A stretch of DNA of 64,000 bases from an uncultured Chloroflexia bacterium (GCA_963729175.1 CAVSMY010000009.1:82529-146528); one strand, 5' to 3'. Counted from the stretch's first letter, positions 10,653 through 19,902 are shown. Notes: generated from the letters alone by a model not told the origin. Program-made: numbers and translations.

Positions 10653-12383
10653 GTGGACTACCGCAACTTGGATCCCCATCGCTTCCGGGCCAGTGCCCAG
10701 GAGCTCGACCTCATCGAGAGCTTCGCGCAGGGCCGGATCAGCCGTCGCCAGTTCCTGAATCGCGGGATGGTCGTGGGCCTCTCGATGGCCTCGATGTCCG
10801 CGATCATCGCGGCCTGCCAGGGCGCCGCGACCCCGTCGCCGTCCGCTGCGGCATCCGCCGGGGCATCGGCAGGAGCATCGGCCGGCGCGTCGGCGGGGGC
10901 GTCGGCGTCGGCCGCCGCGTCCGCCGCTGCCGGTGGCACGATCCGGGTGGCCGCGCAGCGGCCGAAGGTCGCGCTCGACCCCGTCCTGATGGTCGACCTG
11001 TCGGCTTACGACCTGACCAGCCAGTCGTTCGAGTTCCTGTGCGCCCTGAGCAAGGACGCCGCGGACATCGCCCCGGGTCTGGCCGAGAAGTGGACCCCGA
11101 ACAGCGACAACACCGTCTGGACGTTCAACCTCCGCCAGGGCGTGACCTGGCACGACGGGACGCCGTTCACGGCCGATGACGTCGTCGCGACGATGGGCCG
11201 CCTCGTCGCGGCCGGCAACTCCGGCCTCAAGGGCGTCATCGACGACAAGTCGACGGTCGCGACCGACGCGAACACCGTGACGTTCAATCTCCTGAGCGCG
11301 AACGGGAACTTCCCGTATCTCGTCTCGGTCTTCAACGCCCAGACGCTCATCACGCCCAAGGCATACGCGACCGGGACGACGCTCGACAAGGTCCCCGCCG
11401 GCACCGGCGCGTTCAAGCTGGTCAGCTACGACAACGCATCCGGGGCGAAATTCGTCAAGAACGACAAATGGTGGGGCGGCGCCGTGCCGCTCGACGGGAC
11501 CGAGTTCATCTTCTTCGACGCGACCGGCTCGATGGTCACGGCCTATCAGGGCCAGCAGGTCGACGCCCTTGTCCAGTTCGACGTCCTGTCCGGCGCCCCG
11601 TTGTTCAACGACCCGAACTTCCTCGTCGTGGAGACGCCGACGACGAACCACCGCGAGATCTGGATGCACTGCGACACCGGCACGTTCGCAGAAAAGAAGG
11701 TGCGCCAGGCATTCGCCCTGACGATCGACCGGCCGGCGCTGATCCAGACGCTCTTCAAGGGCAAGGCCGTCCTCGCCAACGATCACGTGATCGCGCCGTT
11801 CTACCCGTACTTCAGCGACACCGTCCCGCAGCGGGCCCAGAACATCGACATGGCCAAGCAGCTGCTGTCGGACGCGGGCGCCACGACCGTCACGGCGACG
11901 CTCCAGTACGGCAAGCTGAACGAGATCCCGGACCTCGCCGTCCTGCTCCAGAGCCAGGCCGCCCCGGCCGGCATCACGATCAACCCCCAGGGCTCGGACA
12001 ACAACACGTTCTATGACGCCCAGTGGTGCGTCACGACGACGACCCCGCCGTGCGCCGGCAACGCCGAGTTCGGCATCGTCGACTACGGCCACCGCCCGAC
12101 GCCGGACGTGTTCCTCAACTCGGCCTTCAGCACCGGCGGCGTGTGGAACGCCTCGCACTACACGTCGAGTGGGTTCGACGCGGCGTTCAAGGAGTTCCAG
12201 TCGGCGGTCGGCGTGGACGCCCAGAAGGCGGCCTGCGCGAAGATCGAGCAGATCATGAACGACGACGTGCCGGCGGCGATCCCGTACTTCTACAACTACC
12301 TGTCCGGCAACGCGAAGACGTTCCAGGGCGTTTACACCTCGGCCCTTGGCCAGATGGTCTTGTCCTCGGCGTCCAAGGTCTAG
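10653..12383 (+). CDS. ABC transporter substrate-binding lipoprotein, family 5 (Opp/Dpp/Nik-type) with Tat-like signal
   Basis: GTG at 10653 follows AGGAGGAGGA. It is in frame with ORF 10179..12383. RRQFLNRGMVVGL is twin-arginine-like and IIAAC is a lipobox. The SBP_bac_5-type body includes WTFNLRQGVTWHDGTPFTADDV. Confidence 0.9.
   Translation: MDYRNLDPHRFRASAQELDLIESFAQGRISRRQFLNRGMVVGLSMASMSAIIAACQGAATPSPSAAASAGASAGASAGASAGASASAAASAAAGGTIRVAAQRPKVALDPVLMVDLSAYDLTSQSFEFLCALSKDAADIAPGLAEKWTPNSDNTVWTFNLRQGVTWHDGTPFTADDVVATMGRLVAAGNSGLKGVIDDKSTVATDANTVTFNLLSANGNFPYLVSVFNAQTLITPKAYATGTTLDKVPAGTGAFKLVSYDNASGAKFVKNDKWWGGAVPLDGTEFIFFDATGSMVTAYQGQQVDALVQFDVLSGAPLFNDPNFLVVETPTTNHREIWMHCDTGTFAEKKVRQAFALTIDRPALIQTLFKGKAVLANDHVIAPFYPYFSDTVPQRAQNIDMAKQLLSDAGATTVTATLQYGKLNEIPDLAVLLQSQAAPAGITINPQGSDNNTFYDAQWCVTTTTPPCAGNAEFGIVDYGHRPTPDVFLNSAFSTGGVWNASHYTSSGFDAAFKEFQSAVGVDAQKAACAKIEQIMNDDVPAAIPYFYNYLSGNAKTFQGVYTSALGQMVLSSASKV
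10851..10910 (+). repeat. In-frame 12-nt tandem repeat (about 5 units) encoding the (A-S-A-G)n linker after the lipobox
   Basis: GCATCCGCCGGG / GCATCGGCAGGA / GCATCGGCCGGC / GCGTCGGCGGGG / GCGTCGGCGTCG, translated as SAGASAGASAGASAGASA. Confidence 0.8.
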
Positions 12384-12452
12384 TCACAGAGCTCGGGCGG
12401 CGGCGACCGTCGCCGCCCGGGTCACCCAGCCGCATGACCGCGTGGTGAGCGC

Positions 12453-13406
12453 ATGGCCCGCTACCTGTCGCGACGCCTGTTCCTCTCGATCATCACGCTA
12501 TGGCTGCTCGTCACCATCGTCTTCATCATCACGAACATGCTCCCGGCCGACGTGGGTCGGACCATCCTCGGGCCGTTCGCACCCCAGGAGAGCGTCGACG
12601 CGCTGAACCAGCGCCTCGGCACGGACCGGCCGCTGATCGTCCAGTACGTGGACCAGCTTCGGAAGATCGTGACCCTCGACTTCGGTGAGTCGTTCGTCAC
12701 CCAGCAGGACGTCCTGCCGCAGATCCTCGGGGCGGTCGGCCGCTCGGCCAAGCTCGCCGGGCTGGCCCTCGTCATCACCATCCCGATCAGCATCATCGCC
12801 GGGCTCTATGCCGGCCGGAAACGCGACAGCAAACGGGACCGGGCGATCGTGCTGGCCGGCGTGACCTCGTCCTCGATCCCCGAGTTCATCACCGGCACGA
12901 TCCTCGTCGTCGTCGTCGGCGTCCAGCTCGGGCTGCTGCCGGTCCTGGCGACAGCGCCGCCCAATTCCGACATCCCGACCCAGATCCGCTATCTGCTCAT
13001 GCCGGCGATCGCGATGGCGATCGTGTACTTCGGCTACATCGCCCGGATGACGCGGGCCGGGACGATCGATGTCCTCCAGTCGGACTACATCCGGACCGCC
13101 ACGATGAAGGGCCTGACGACGAGCCAGACGATGCGCCGGCATGTCGTCCGCAACGCGCTCATCCCGACGGTCGCCGTCATCGCCGTCCAGGTCGGCTATC
13201 TGTTCGGCGGGATCATCGCGGTCGAGAAGATCTTCAACTACAACGGCATGGGCGCGACGATGCTCTCGGCGGCCGAAAGCAAGGACCTGCCGATGCTCAC
13301 GGCCGGCGTCATCGTCATCGGCATCGTCTACATGCTCGCGACGTTCACCGCGGACATGATCACGGCGTGGATGAACCCCCGGATCCGCCTGGATTCCGAT
13401 CGCTGA
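12453..13406 (+). CDS. ABC transporter permease (OppB/DppB-like)
   Basis: 317 aa with multiple TM segments and the BPD_transp_1 signature region SDYIRTATMKGLTTSQTMRRHVVRNALIP. Confidence 0.9.
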   Translation: MARYLSRRLFLSIITLWLLVTIVFIITNMLPADVGRTILGPFAPQESVDALNQRLGTDRPLIVQYVDQLRKIVTLDFGESFVTQQDVLPQILGAVGRSAKLAGLALVITIPISIIAGLYAGRKRDSKRDRAIVLAGVTSSSIPEFITGTILVVVVGVQLGLLPVLATAPPNSDIPTQIRYLLMPAIAMAIVYFGYIARMTRAGTIDVLQSDYIRTATMKGLTTSQTMRRHVVRNALIPTVAVIAVQVGYLFGGIIAVEKIFNYNGMGATMLSAAESKDLPMLTAGVIVIGIVYMLATFTADMITAWMNPRIRLDSDR

Positions 13407-14299
13407 TGGTCGACGTCACCGTCTCCGAGCCGCCGATCTCGCCGGTCGCCGAGGTGACCCGGTCGGAGCGATCGGCCGCCCGGCGCGAGACGATCCGGCA
13501 GCTGCTCCGCCGGCCGGCGTTCATCATCGGCAACGTCATCATCCTGTTCTGGATCGCGTGCGCGATCCTCGGCCAGCGGATCACCCCGTACGACCCGTTC
13601 AACCAGTTCTTCGTCGGTCACGAGCCGCCCAGCTCGGCCCATCTCATGGGCACCGACCGACTCGGCCGCGACGTCCTCTCGCGGGTCATGGTCGGGTCGC
13701 GCGACGTCCTCATCATCGCCCCCCTGGCGGCGCTGCTCGGGGTCGTCGCCGGGACGATCCTGGGGCTGATCATGGGCTACTACCGCGGCAAGGTCGACGA
13801 CACTCTGAGCCGGATCGTCGAGGCCTTCCTGGCCCTGCCGGTCATCCTCGTGGCGCTGCTCACGCTCGTCGTGCTGGGGACCTCACCGATCGTCGTCATC
13901 GGCGTCGTCGGGATCCTGTTCACGCCGATCGTCGCCCGGACCGTCCGCTCGGCGGTCCTCTCGGAGCGCCAGCTCGACTACGTCACCGCGGCCAAGCTCC
14001 GGGGCGAGGGCGGCTGGTTCATCATCACCCGCGAGATCTTCCCCAACGTCCTCGGTCCGACGGTCGTCGAGATGACGGTCCGCTTCGGCTACGCGATCTT
14101 CACCGTCGCGACGCTGTCGTTCCTCGGTGTCGGCCTCCAGCCGCCGTCGCCTGACTGGGGCCTGACGGTGAGCGAGGAGTACACGAACATGATCAGCGGA
14201 GTGTGGTGGTCGACGTTCTTCCCGGCGGTCGCCATCATGAGCGCGGTCGTCGCGGTCAACCTCATCGCCGACTCGCTCCAGTCGGTCCTGAACGAATGA
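13406..14299 (+). CDS. ABC transporter permease (OppC/DppC-like)
   Basis: In frame with ORF 13367..14299. ATG at 13406 overlaps the upstream stop (TGATG). Contains HLMGTDRLGRDVLSRV and LDYVTAAKLRGEG, which are typical of OppC. Confidence 0.9.
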   Translation: MVDVTVSEPPISPVAEVTRSERSAARRETIRQLLRRPAFIIGNVIILFWIACAILGQRITPYDPFNQFFVGHEPPSSAHLMGTDRLGRDVLSRVMVGSRDVLIIAPLAALLGVVAGTILGLIMGYYRGKVDDTLSRIVEAFLALPVILVALLTLVVLGTSPIVVIGVVGILFTPIVARTVRSAVLSERQLDYVTAAKLRGEGGWFIITREIFPNVLGPTVVEMTVRFGYAIFTVATLSFLGVGLQPPSPDWGLTVSEEYTNMISGVWWSTFFPAVAIMSAVVAVNLIADSLQSVLNE

Positions 14300-14315
14300 C
14301 CGCGGAGACGAACGG

Positions 14316-16553
14316 ATGACCGCCGAGACGACGACCGACACGGTCGGGGCGACGCCCGGCCCGGCCGCCTCCGGCGACGCGGCGGCCGCCCTCCGGATCG
14401 AGGACCTCTCGCTGGCCTATGTCGTCCGCGGCATCCCGCGGCCGGTCCTGCGCGGTGTCTCGTTCGAGATCCGGCAGGGCGAGTCCTACGGTCTGGTCGG
14501 CGAATCCGGCTGCGGCAAATCGACGACCGCGTACGCCGCGGTCCGCTACCTGCCGCGGAACGCCCGGATCACGGGTGGCCGGATCCTCGTCGATGGCGCC
14601 GATGTCACGGCGATGGACGACGACGAGCTGCGGCGGTTCCGGACCCGCCATGCGTCGATGGTCTACCAGGATCCCGGCGCGGCCTTGAACCCGACGACGA
14701 AGGTCGGACCCCAGGTCGTCGAGGCCTTCACGATCCTGGGTCAGGGCACCCAGGAGGCGACGGCGAGCGCCCTTGCGGCGATGCGGCGCGTCCAGATCGC
14801 CGACCCCGAGGGCGTCTTCGAGCGCTACCCGTACCAGCTCTCGGGCGGGATGCAGCAGCGCGTCGTCATCGCCATCGCGCTGGCCTCCGACCCGAAGCTC
14901 CTCGTCCTCGACGAGCCGACGACGGGGCTTGACGCGACGGTCGAGGCCAGCGTCCTCGATCTCGTCCGTCGCCTTCAGGCCGAGACGAACGCGGCCGTCC
15001 TGCTCATCGCCCACAATCTCGGCGTGATCCGGACCCTGTGCGATCGGGTCGGGGTGATGTATGCCGGGAAGATCGTCGAGGAGGGCGACGCCTCGACCGT
15101 CTTCGCGTCGCCACAGCACCCCTACACGCTCGGGCTGCTCCGGTCGCTGCCCCGCCACGGGGTCCGCAAGACGGAGCGGCCGCTGGCGACGATCCCCGGC
15201 AACCTCCCGCAGATCGGGACGCCCCTACCGACCTGCGTGTTCGTCGACCGCTGCCCCCTCGCCGACGAGCTGTGCCGGACCGTCGAGCCGCCGATCGTCA
15301 GCCTCGACGACGGGCGCTGGACCCGCTGCCATCACCGCGATCGGATCGTCGAGCTGGTCGAGCCGGACGCCGTCCCCGGCCGCGAGACCGTCCTCGGCGA
15401 GACGGTCCTCTCGGCCACCCACGTCTCGAAGACATTCCGCTCCGGTGGCCACGCCGTGCCGGCGCTCGTCGGGATCGACCTCCAGCTGCGGGACGGCGAG
15501 ACGCTCGGCCTGGTCGGCGAGTCCGGCTCCGGCAAGTCGACCTTCGCCCGGACGATCCTCGGCATCGAGGATCCCGATGCGGGCGGCAGCCTGGTCCTCG
15601 ACGACCACGCCCTCGCGGCCCGCTCGGCCGAACGGCCGACGGCCGACAAGCGAGCGATCCAGATGGTCTTCCAGAACCCGGATTCGGCCCTGAACCGTGG
15701 CTGGACCGCACGTCACATCCTGTCCCGCTCGGTCACCAAGCTCACCGGCCTGCGGGGCAAGGAGGCGACCGCGCGCGTCGACAAGCTGGCCACGGAGATG
15801 CGGCTGACCCAGCGACACCTCGACCTCAAGCCGCGCCAGCTATCGGGCGGGCTGAAGCAGCGGGTCGCGATCGCGCGGGCGTTCGCCGGTGACCCGGAGA
15901 TCGTCGTCGCCGACGAGCCGACGAGCGCCCTCGACGTGTCCGTCCAGGCGGCGATCCTCAACCTCCTGTCGGACCTCCAGTCCGAGAGCCGGACGTCGTA
16001 CCTGCTCATCTCGCACGACCTGGGCGTCGTCCGCTACCTCGCCGACCGGATCGCCGTCATGTATCTCGGCCGGATCATGGAGGTGGGCGTCTCCGAGGCG
16101 GTCTTCAATGGCCCGAACCACCCCTACACCGAGGCCCTCCTCTCGGCCGTCCCGAACGTCGACGGCGAGGAGGGCGCCCGGATCCTCCTCGGCGGCGAGA
16201 TCCCGAGCCCCGCCAGCCCGCCGAGCGGCTGCGTCTTCCACACCCGCTGCCACCGCTTCATCCAGAACCTCTGCGAGGTGACCGAGCCGCCGCTGGTCGA
16301 GGTCGAGCCGGACCACCTGATGCGCTGCCACATCCCGCTCGAGGAGCTCCGGACCCTCCAGGCGAAGGCCCGCCGCGAAGGCGCGGTCCTGACCACCCCG
16401 CCGGAAGCCCTGGCGTCGGCTGAGGCCGAGGGGATCGAGATCACGACGACCGAGCCGGAGCTGGCCGGCGAGGAACGGGAGGCGCCGCCGGTCGACGCCG
16501 CGACCTCCGTGGCCCACCCCGCCGAGCGTGCCGACGCGTCGGACGAGGCCTGA
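14316..16553 (+). CDS. Fused double ATP-binding-cassette protein (DppD-DppF-like fusion)
   Basis: 745 aa with two full ABC modules: GESGCGKST ... LSGGMQQR ... [12 protein letters not shown] and GESGSGKST ... LSGGLKQR ... [12 protein letters not shown]. Each is followed by an oligopeptide-type C-terminal Cys/His region. Confidence 0.92.
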   Translation: MTAETTTDTVGATPGPAASGDAAAALRIEDLSLAYVVRGIPRPVLRGVSFEIRQGESYGLVGESGCGKSTTAYAAVRYLPRNARITGGRILVDGADVTAMDDDELRRFRTRHASMVYQDPGAALNPTTKVGPQVVEAFTILGQGTQEATASALAAMRRVQIADPEGVFERYPYQLSGGMQQRVVIAIALASDPKLLVLDEPTTGLDATVEASVLDLVRRLQAETNAAVLLIAHNLGVIRTLCDRVGVMYAGKIVEEGDASTVFASPQHPYTLGLLRSLPRHGVRKTERPLATIPGNLPQIGTPLPTCVFVDRCPLADELCRTVEPPIVSLDDGRWTRCHHRDRIVELVEPDAVPGRETVLGETVLSATHVSKTFRSGGHAVPALVGIDLQLRDGETLGLVGESGSGKSTFARTILGIEDPDAGGSLVLDDHALAARSAERPTADKRAIQMVFQNPDSALNRGWTARHILSRSVTKLTGLRGKEATARVDKLATEMRLTQRHLDLKPRQLSGGLKQRVAIARAFAGDPEIVVADEPTSALDVSVQAAILNLLSDLQSESRTSYLLISHDLGVVRYLADRIAVMYLGRIMEVGVSEAVFNGPNHPYTEALLSAVPNVDGEEGARILLGGEIPSPASPPSGCVFHTRCHRFIQNLCEVTEPPLVEVEPDHLMRCHIPLEELRTLQAKARREGAVLTTPPEALASAEAEGIEITTTEPELAGEEREAPPVDAATSVAHPAERADASDEA

Positions 16554-16580
16554 CTCGAGGAAGACGCCGTCCCCGACCCG

Positions 16581-16674
16581 GCCGGGGCGGTCTTGCATCA
16601 GGGGTCCGGTGCACGTCCCGGGGCGGCTTTGCATCAGGTGTGCGTCCCGGGGCGGCTTTGCATCAGGTGCACGT
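16581..16674. repeat. Intergenic tandem repeat, three units (36, 29 and 29 bp)
   Basis: Units at 16617-16645 (CCCGGGGCGGCTTTGCATCAGGTGTGCGT) and 16646-16674 (CCCGGGGCGGCTTTGCATCAGGTGCACGT) differ only in the last few bases. A diverged copy lies at 16581-16616 (gCCGGGGCGGTCTTGCATCAGGGGtccggTGCACGT). Confidence 0.85.
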
Positions 16675-16708
16675 GACTGACCATCCCGGCCGATCCGGCG
16701 CAGGGATC

Positions 16709-16813
16709 TTGCACGTGGTGCAACGATCCGACTGATCTGCCGAGTCCTTGCATCCAGTGCAAGAAACGGGGCCGATCAGGCCCCGTTTCGGTCGGCTACG
16801 TGCATCACATGCA
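16709..16813. repeat. Three further 6-3-6-type palindromes related to the core of the tandem-repeat unit (consensus TTGCAY-N3-RTGCAA)
   Basis: TTGCACGTGGTGCAA (16709-16723), CTTGCATCCAGTGCAAG (16747-16763), TGCATCACATGCA (16801-16813). The tandem units carry TTGCATCAGGTGCAC. Confidence 0.7.
16764..16788. terminator. Bidirectional intrinsic-terminator-like hairpin between convergent genes
   Basis: AAACGGGGCC-gatca-GGCCCCGTTT is a perfect 10-bp stem flanked by short A/T tracts. It sits between the ABC ATPase stop (16553) and the MttB-2 stop (16885). Confidence 0.6.
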
Positions 16814-16884
16814 AACCACGGCGACCGCGCCGGGGACGACCGGCGCCGTGCGGCTGCGGCGACGCTGCTGCGGCGACGCGGCGC

Positions 16885-18435
16885 CTAGACGTCCGAGTCG
16901 GGGAACGCCGCCTTCCGCGCCGCGATCCACTCGAGCAGCTCCTCGTGGACAGCCTCGTCGATCGGCGGTGGCGCGTAGTCCCGCAGCGCCTGCTTCCAGA
17001 CGGCATTGGCCCGGACGGCCGCGTCGCGCGACCCGTCGAGCTCCCACTGCTCGAAACTGTCGTTGTTCGATAGCCGCGACCGCCAGAACGCCGTCTCGAA
17101 GTTCGCGAGGGTGTGGGGATTGCCCAGGAAGTGCTTGCCGGGACCGCTGCCGAGCATCGCGTCGAGCGCCAGGCCGTTCTCCGAGAGGTCGACCCCGGCG
17201 ATCAGCGCCCCGGTCATCGAGGCCTGGTCGGCGTCGAGGATGAACTTCTCGTAGCCCATCGCCAGCCCGCCCTCGAGCCAGCCGGCGGTGTGGAGGTTGA
17301 AGTTCACCCCGGCGAGCATCGTGGCCATGAAGCTGACCGCGCTCTCGTACGCCGCCTGGTAGTCGGGGATCTTCGAGGCGGTGAAGTTGCCGCCGCTTCG
17401 GAACGGGACACCGAGGCGCCGAGCGAGCGCGGCCATGACGAACAGGACGAGCTGCGGCTCGGGCGTGCCGAACGTCGGAGCGCCCGACTGCATCGACATC
17501 GACGATGCGAACGACCCGAAGATCACCGGCGCGCCGGGTCGGACGATCTGGCAGAAGGCCATCCCCGCGAGCGCCTCGGCGAGGGTCTGGGTGGCCGCCG
17601 CGGCGATCGTCACCGGGGCCATCGCCCCGCCCAGGATGAACGGCGTCACGAGGACGATCTGGTTGTTCTCGGCGTAGACCTTGGCCGAGCCGAGCATGTT
17701 GTAGTCCCACGACATCGGCGAGTTCGCGTTCGCCAGCCCCATGATCACGTGGTCGGTCGCCATCGCCTCCGGCCCGAAGGCGATCCGCGCCATGTCGACC
17801 GAATCCTGGGCCCGCGACGGGTGGGTGACCGAGCCCATGAACGCCTTGTCGGTGTAGCGGATGTGGCTGTAGACCATGTCGAGGTGCCGCTTGTTCACGG
17901 GCAGGTCGACCGGCTCGCACAGCGTCCCGCCGCCGTGGTGGAGGGTCGGGTTGAGGTAGGTCAGCTTCACGAAGTTGCGGAAGTCCTCGATCGTGGCGTA
18001 GCGACGGCCGTCGTCGAGGTTGTGGATGAAGGGCGAGCCGTAGGCCGGCACGAGGACCATGTACGGGTCCCCGATCCGGACGTCGCGGGCCGGGTTGCGG
18101 GCGCGCTGGGTGAAGATGCGCGGCGCCGTCGCGGTGATGAGGGCGCGACACATCCCGCGCGGGAACCGGACCCGGGTCCCGCCTGGGGCGACGTCGGCGC
18201 CGGCGGTCCGGAAGATCTCGACCGCCTCGGGGAAGTTCCCGACCTCGATGCCGACCTCCTGGAGGAGGGTGTCGGCATGGTCCTCGATGGTCTCGAGACC
18301 CTCGGCCGAGACGACCTCGACCGGCGCAAGCATCCGGGTCAGATACGGCAGCGAGGCGGCCTCCTTCGCGAGACGGGCCTCGTGGCGCGCCAGCCGCCCG
18401 CGTCTGGCCGCCGGATGCTCGACCTCGCTCACCAC
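16885..18435 (-). CDS. Second MttB-superfamily methyltransferase, non-pyrrolysine type
   Basis: In frame with ORF 16885..18750. GTG at 18435 lies 7 nt after AGGAGG. Contains LPYLTRMLAPVEVVSAEGLETIEDHADTLLQEVG, PFILGGAMAPVT, GAPVIFGSFASSMSMQSGAPTFGTPEP and GPGKHFLG. There is no in-frame TAG. Confidence 0.9.
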   Translation of the reverse strand: MVSEVEHPAARRGRLARHEARLAKEAASLPYLTRMLAPVEVVSAEGLETIEDHADTLLQEVGIEVGNFPEAVEIFRTAGADVAPGGTRVRFPRGMCRALITATAPRIFTQRARNPARDVRIGDPYMVLVPAYGSPFIHNLDDGRRYATIEDFRNFVKLTYLNPTLHHGGGTLCEPVDLPVNKRHLDMVYSHIRYTDKAFMGSVTHPSRAQDSVDMARIAFGPEAMATDHVIMGLANANSPMSWDYNMLGSAKVYAENNQIVLVTPFILGGAMAPVTIAAAATQTLAEALAGMAFCQIVRPGAPVIFGSFASSMSMQSGAPTFGTPEPQLVLFVMAALARRLGVPFRSGGNFTASKIPDYQAAYESAVSFMATMLAGVNFNLHTAGWLEGGLAMGYEKFILDADQASMTGALIAGVDLSENGLALDAMLGSGPGKHFLGNPHTLANFETAFWRSRLSNNDSFEQWELDGSRDAAVRANAVWKQALRDYAPPPIDEAVHEELLEWIAARKAAFPDSDV

Positions 18436-18604
18436 GGCCGATCCTCCTGGTCCTGCGACGGTGCCGATGGGCGCCGCCGAGGACCACTGTAGCCCCGAAC
18501 CGACCGCGGCTCCACCGGTCGGGACCGTCGACCGGCCGGGGTATCCTCGGGGTCGGTCGGCCGACGACGCCCCTGACGGTCGACCACGATCGGGGAGCTC
18601 GCCC

Positions 18605-19372
18605 ATGGCCACGGCACGGGATCGCCCGCCGGAGGAGGCGGCCGAGGACACGTCGTTCGCGCGTGGTCTGCGGCTGCTCCTGACGATCGCGGACCGTGGC
18701 GAGCTCCGGGCCGACGAGCTGAGCTCGATCCTCGACATGCCGCTCTCCACCGTCTATCGGTACCTGCGGACGCTGGCCGGGTTCGGCTTCGTCGATCGCC
18801 GCGGTGCCGGCTACCGTCTGGGGCCGCGGCTCATCATCGGCAGCGGCGCGGTCATCACCTCGGAGGTGCTGATCCGGATCGCCGATCCCGTCCTGGCGAT
18901 GCTCGTCGAGGAGACCGGCGAGACGGCGGTGATCAGTCGCCGGGTCGGGCTGTCGGCGGTCCACCTCCATGCGATCGACTCACCCCACCCGCTGCGGGTC
19001 TCGCTCGCGGCGGGCGCGAGCGCCCCGCTGACCGCCGGTGCCCTGGCCAAGGTCCTCCTGGCGTTCGCCCCCGAAGAGATCCTCGATGAGGTCGTGAGCC
19101 AGGAGCTTCCCCGGTCCGGAGAGGGCCGGGTCGAGGAGGCGACCCTCCGCTCGGAAGTCGCGGCGATCGCCGCGCAGGGCATCGCCCGGACCGAGGGCGA
19201 GGCGATCCCCGGATCGGTGACCATCGCCGTCCCCATATCGCGAGAAGACGGGATCGTCGCCGCGATCGGCGTGATCGGACCCGAGGCGCGCTGCGGTCTC
19301 GCCTGGCGGTCGCGGGTATCCCGCCTGCTGCCGGAAGCGGCTCGCTCGATCGCCGGAGCGCTCGCCTCCTGA
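18605..19372 (+). CDS. IclR-family transcriptional regulator
   Basis: ATG at 18605, in frame with ORF 18059..19372. The wHTH is ELSSILDMPLSTVYRYLRTLAGFGFV, followed by an IclR effector domain (AIAVPI ... VAAIGVIGP). It is divergent from MttB-2 across 169 bp. Confidence 0.9.
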   Translation: MATARDRPPEEAAEDTSFARGLRLLLTIADRGELRADELSSILDMPLSTVYRYLRTLAGFGFVDRRGAGYRLGPRLIIGSGAVITSEVLIRIADPVLAMLVEETGETAVISRRVGLSAVHLHAIDSPHPLRVSLAAGASAPLTAGALAKVLLAFAPEEILDEVVSQELPRSGEGRVEEATLRSEVAAIAAQGIARTEGEAIPGSVTIAVPISREDGIVAAIGVIGPEARCGLAWRSRVSRLLPEAARSIAGALAS

Positions 19373-19430
19373 CCTGCCGGCGACGCACCCGCCGTCTCTT
19401 CCACGACACGGCATAGCTCTATCTCGCCAT

Positions 19431-19458
19431 TTGACAAACGCCATCCGGCTCGTATGCT
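19431..19458 (+). promoter_or_regulatory. Putative promoter giving a leaderless or near-leaderless mRNA for the 19468 gene
   Basis: TTGACA (19431-19436), 16-nt spacer, TATGCT (19453-19458). The ATG at 19468 is 9 nt after the -10 element, and no SD is present. Confidence 0.45.
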
Positions 19459-19467
19459 CCACCTCCG

Positions 19468-19902
19468 ATGGACGCGCTTGCGGCTCTTCAGCCGGTCTCG
19501 GACGCCTATGCGTCGTTGCCGATCGCAGAGGCGTTCGCCTGGCCGCCCATCGAGCCCGTCGAGCGCGAGGCCGAGTGGTACATGGTCGCGTTCCGGTCCG
19601 TCCGCCGGCGCGATGCGGACGGGGTGCGTCTCGAGGCCTACGACGAGCGCGCCCACCAGGAAGCGACCGGAGCACCCGGCTTCGTCCACTACTTCAAGGG
19701 ACCCCTGGCGGCCGACGGGAGCTGTCTGTCGTTCTGTCTCTGGACCGGCCGGCCCGAGGCCCGCTCGGCGGCTGGCAGGCCCGACCATGTCGAGGCCGTC
19801 AGCCTGCTCGGCGAGATGTACGAGTCGTATCGACTGGAGTTCCTGCGCGTCCGATCGGCGACCGACGGGACGCTGACGTTCGAGCCCTACGACCTCGCCT
19901 GA
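19468..19902 (+). CDS. Hypothetical protein (about 144 aa); possibly a ferredoxin-like/ABM-type fold
   Basis: Clean ORF with non-junk composition: EWYMVAFRSVRRRDADGVRLEAYDERAHQEA ... GFVHYFKG ... CLSFCLWT. I do not recognise the family with confidence. Confidence 0.65.
   Translation: MDALAALQPVSDAYASLPIAEAFAWPPIEPVEREAEWYMVAFRSVRRRDADGVRLEAYDERAHQEATGAPGFVHYFKGPLAADGSCLSFCLWTGRPEARSAAGRPDHVEAVSLLGEMYESYRLEFLRVRSATDGTLTFEPYDLA

Noticed and set aside
16581-16674. Possible CRISPR array, because of the roughly 29-bp repeats.
   Set aside because: The repeat units are directly adjacent with no spacers. There are only three units, and no cas genes are in the window. I treat it as a tandem repeat.
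16709-16723. The TTGCACGTGGTGCAA palindrome as a parS-like centromere site.
   Set aside because: It shares only the central CACGTG-like core with the TGTTTCACGTGAAACA parS consensus. No parAB genes are nearby.
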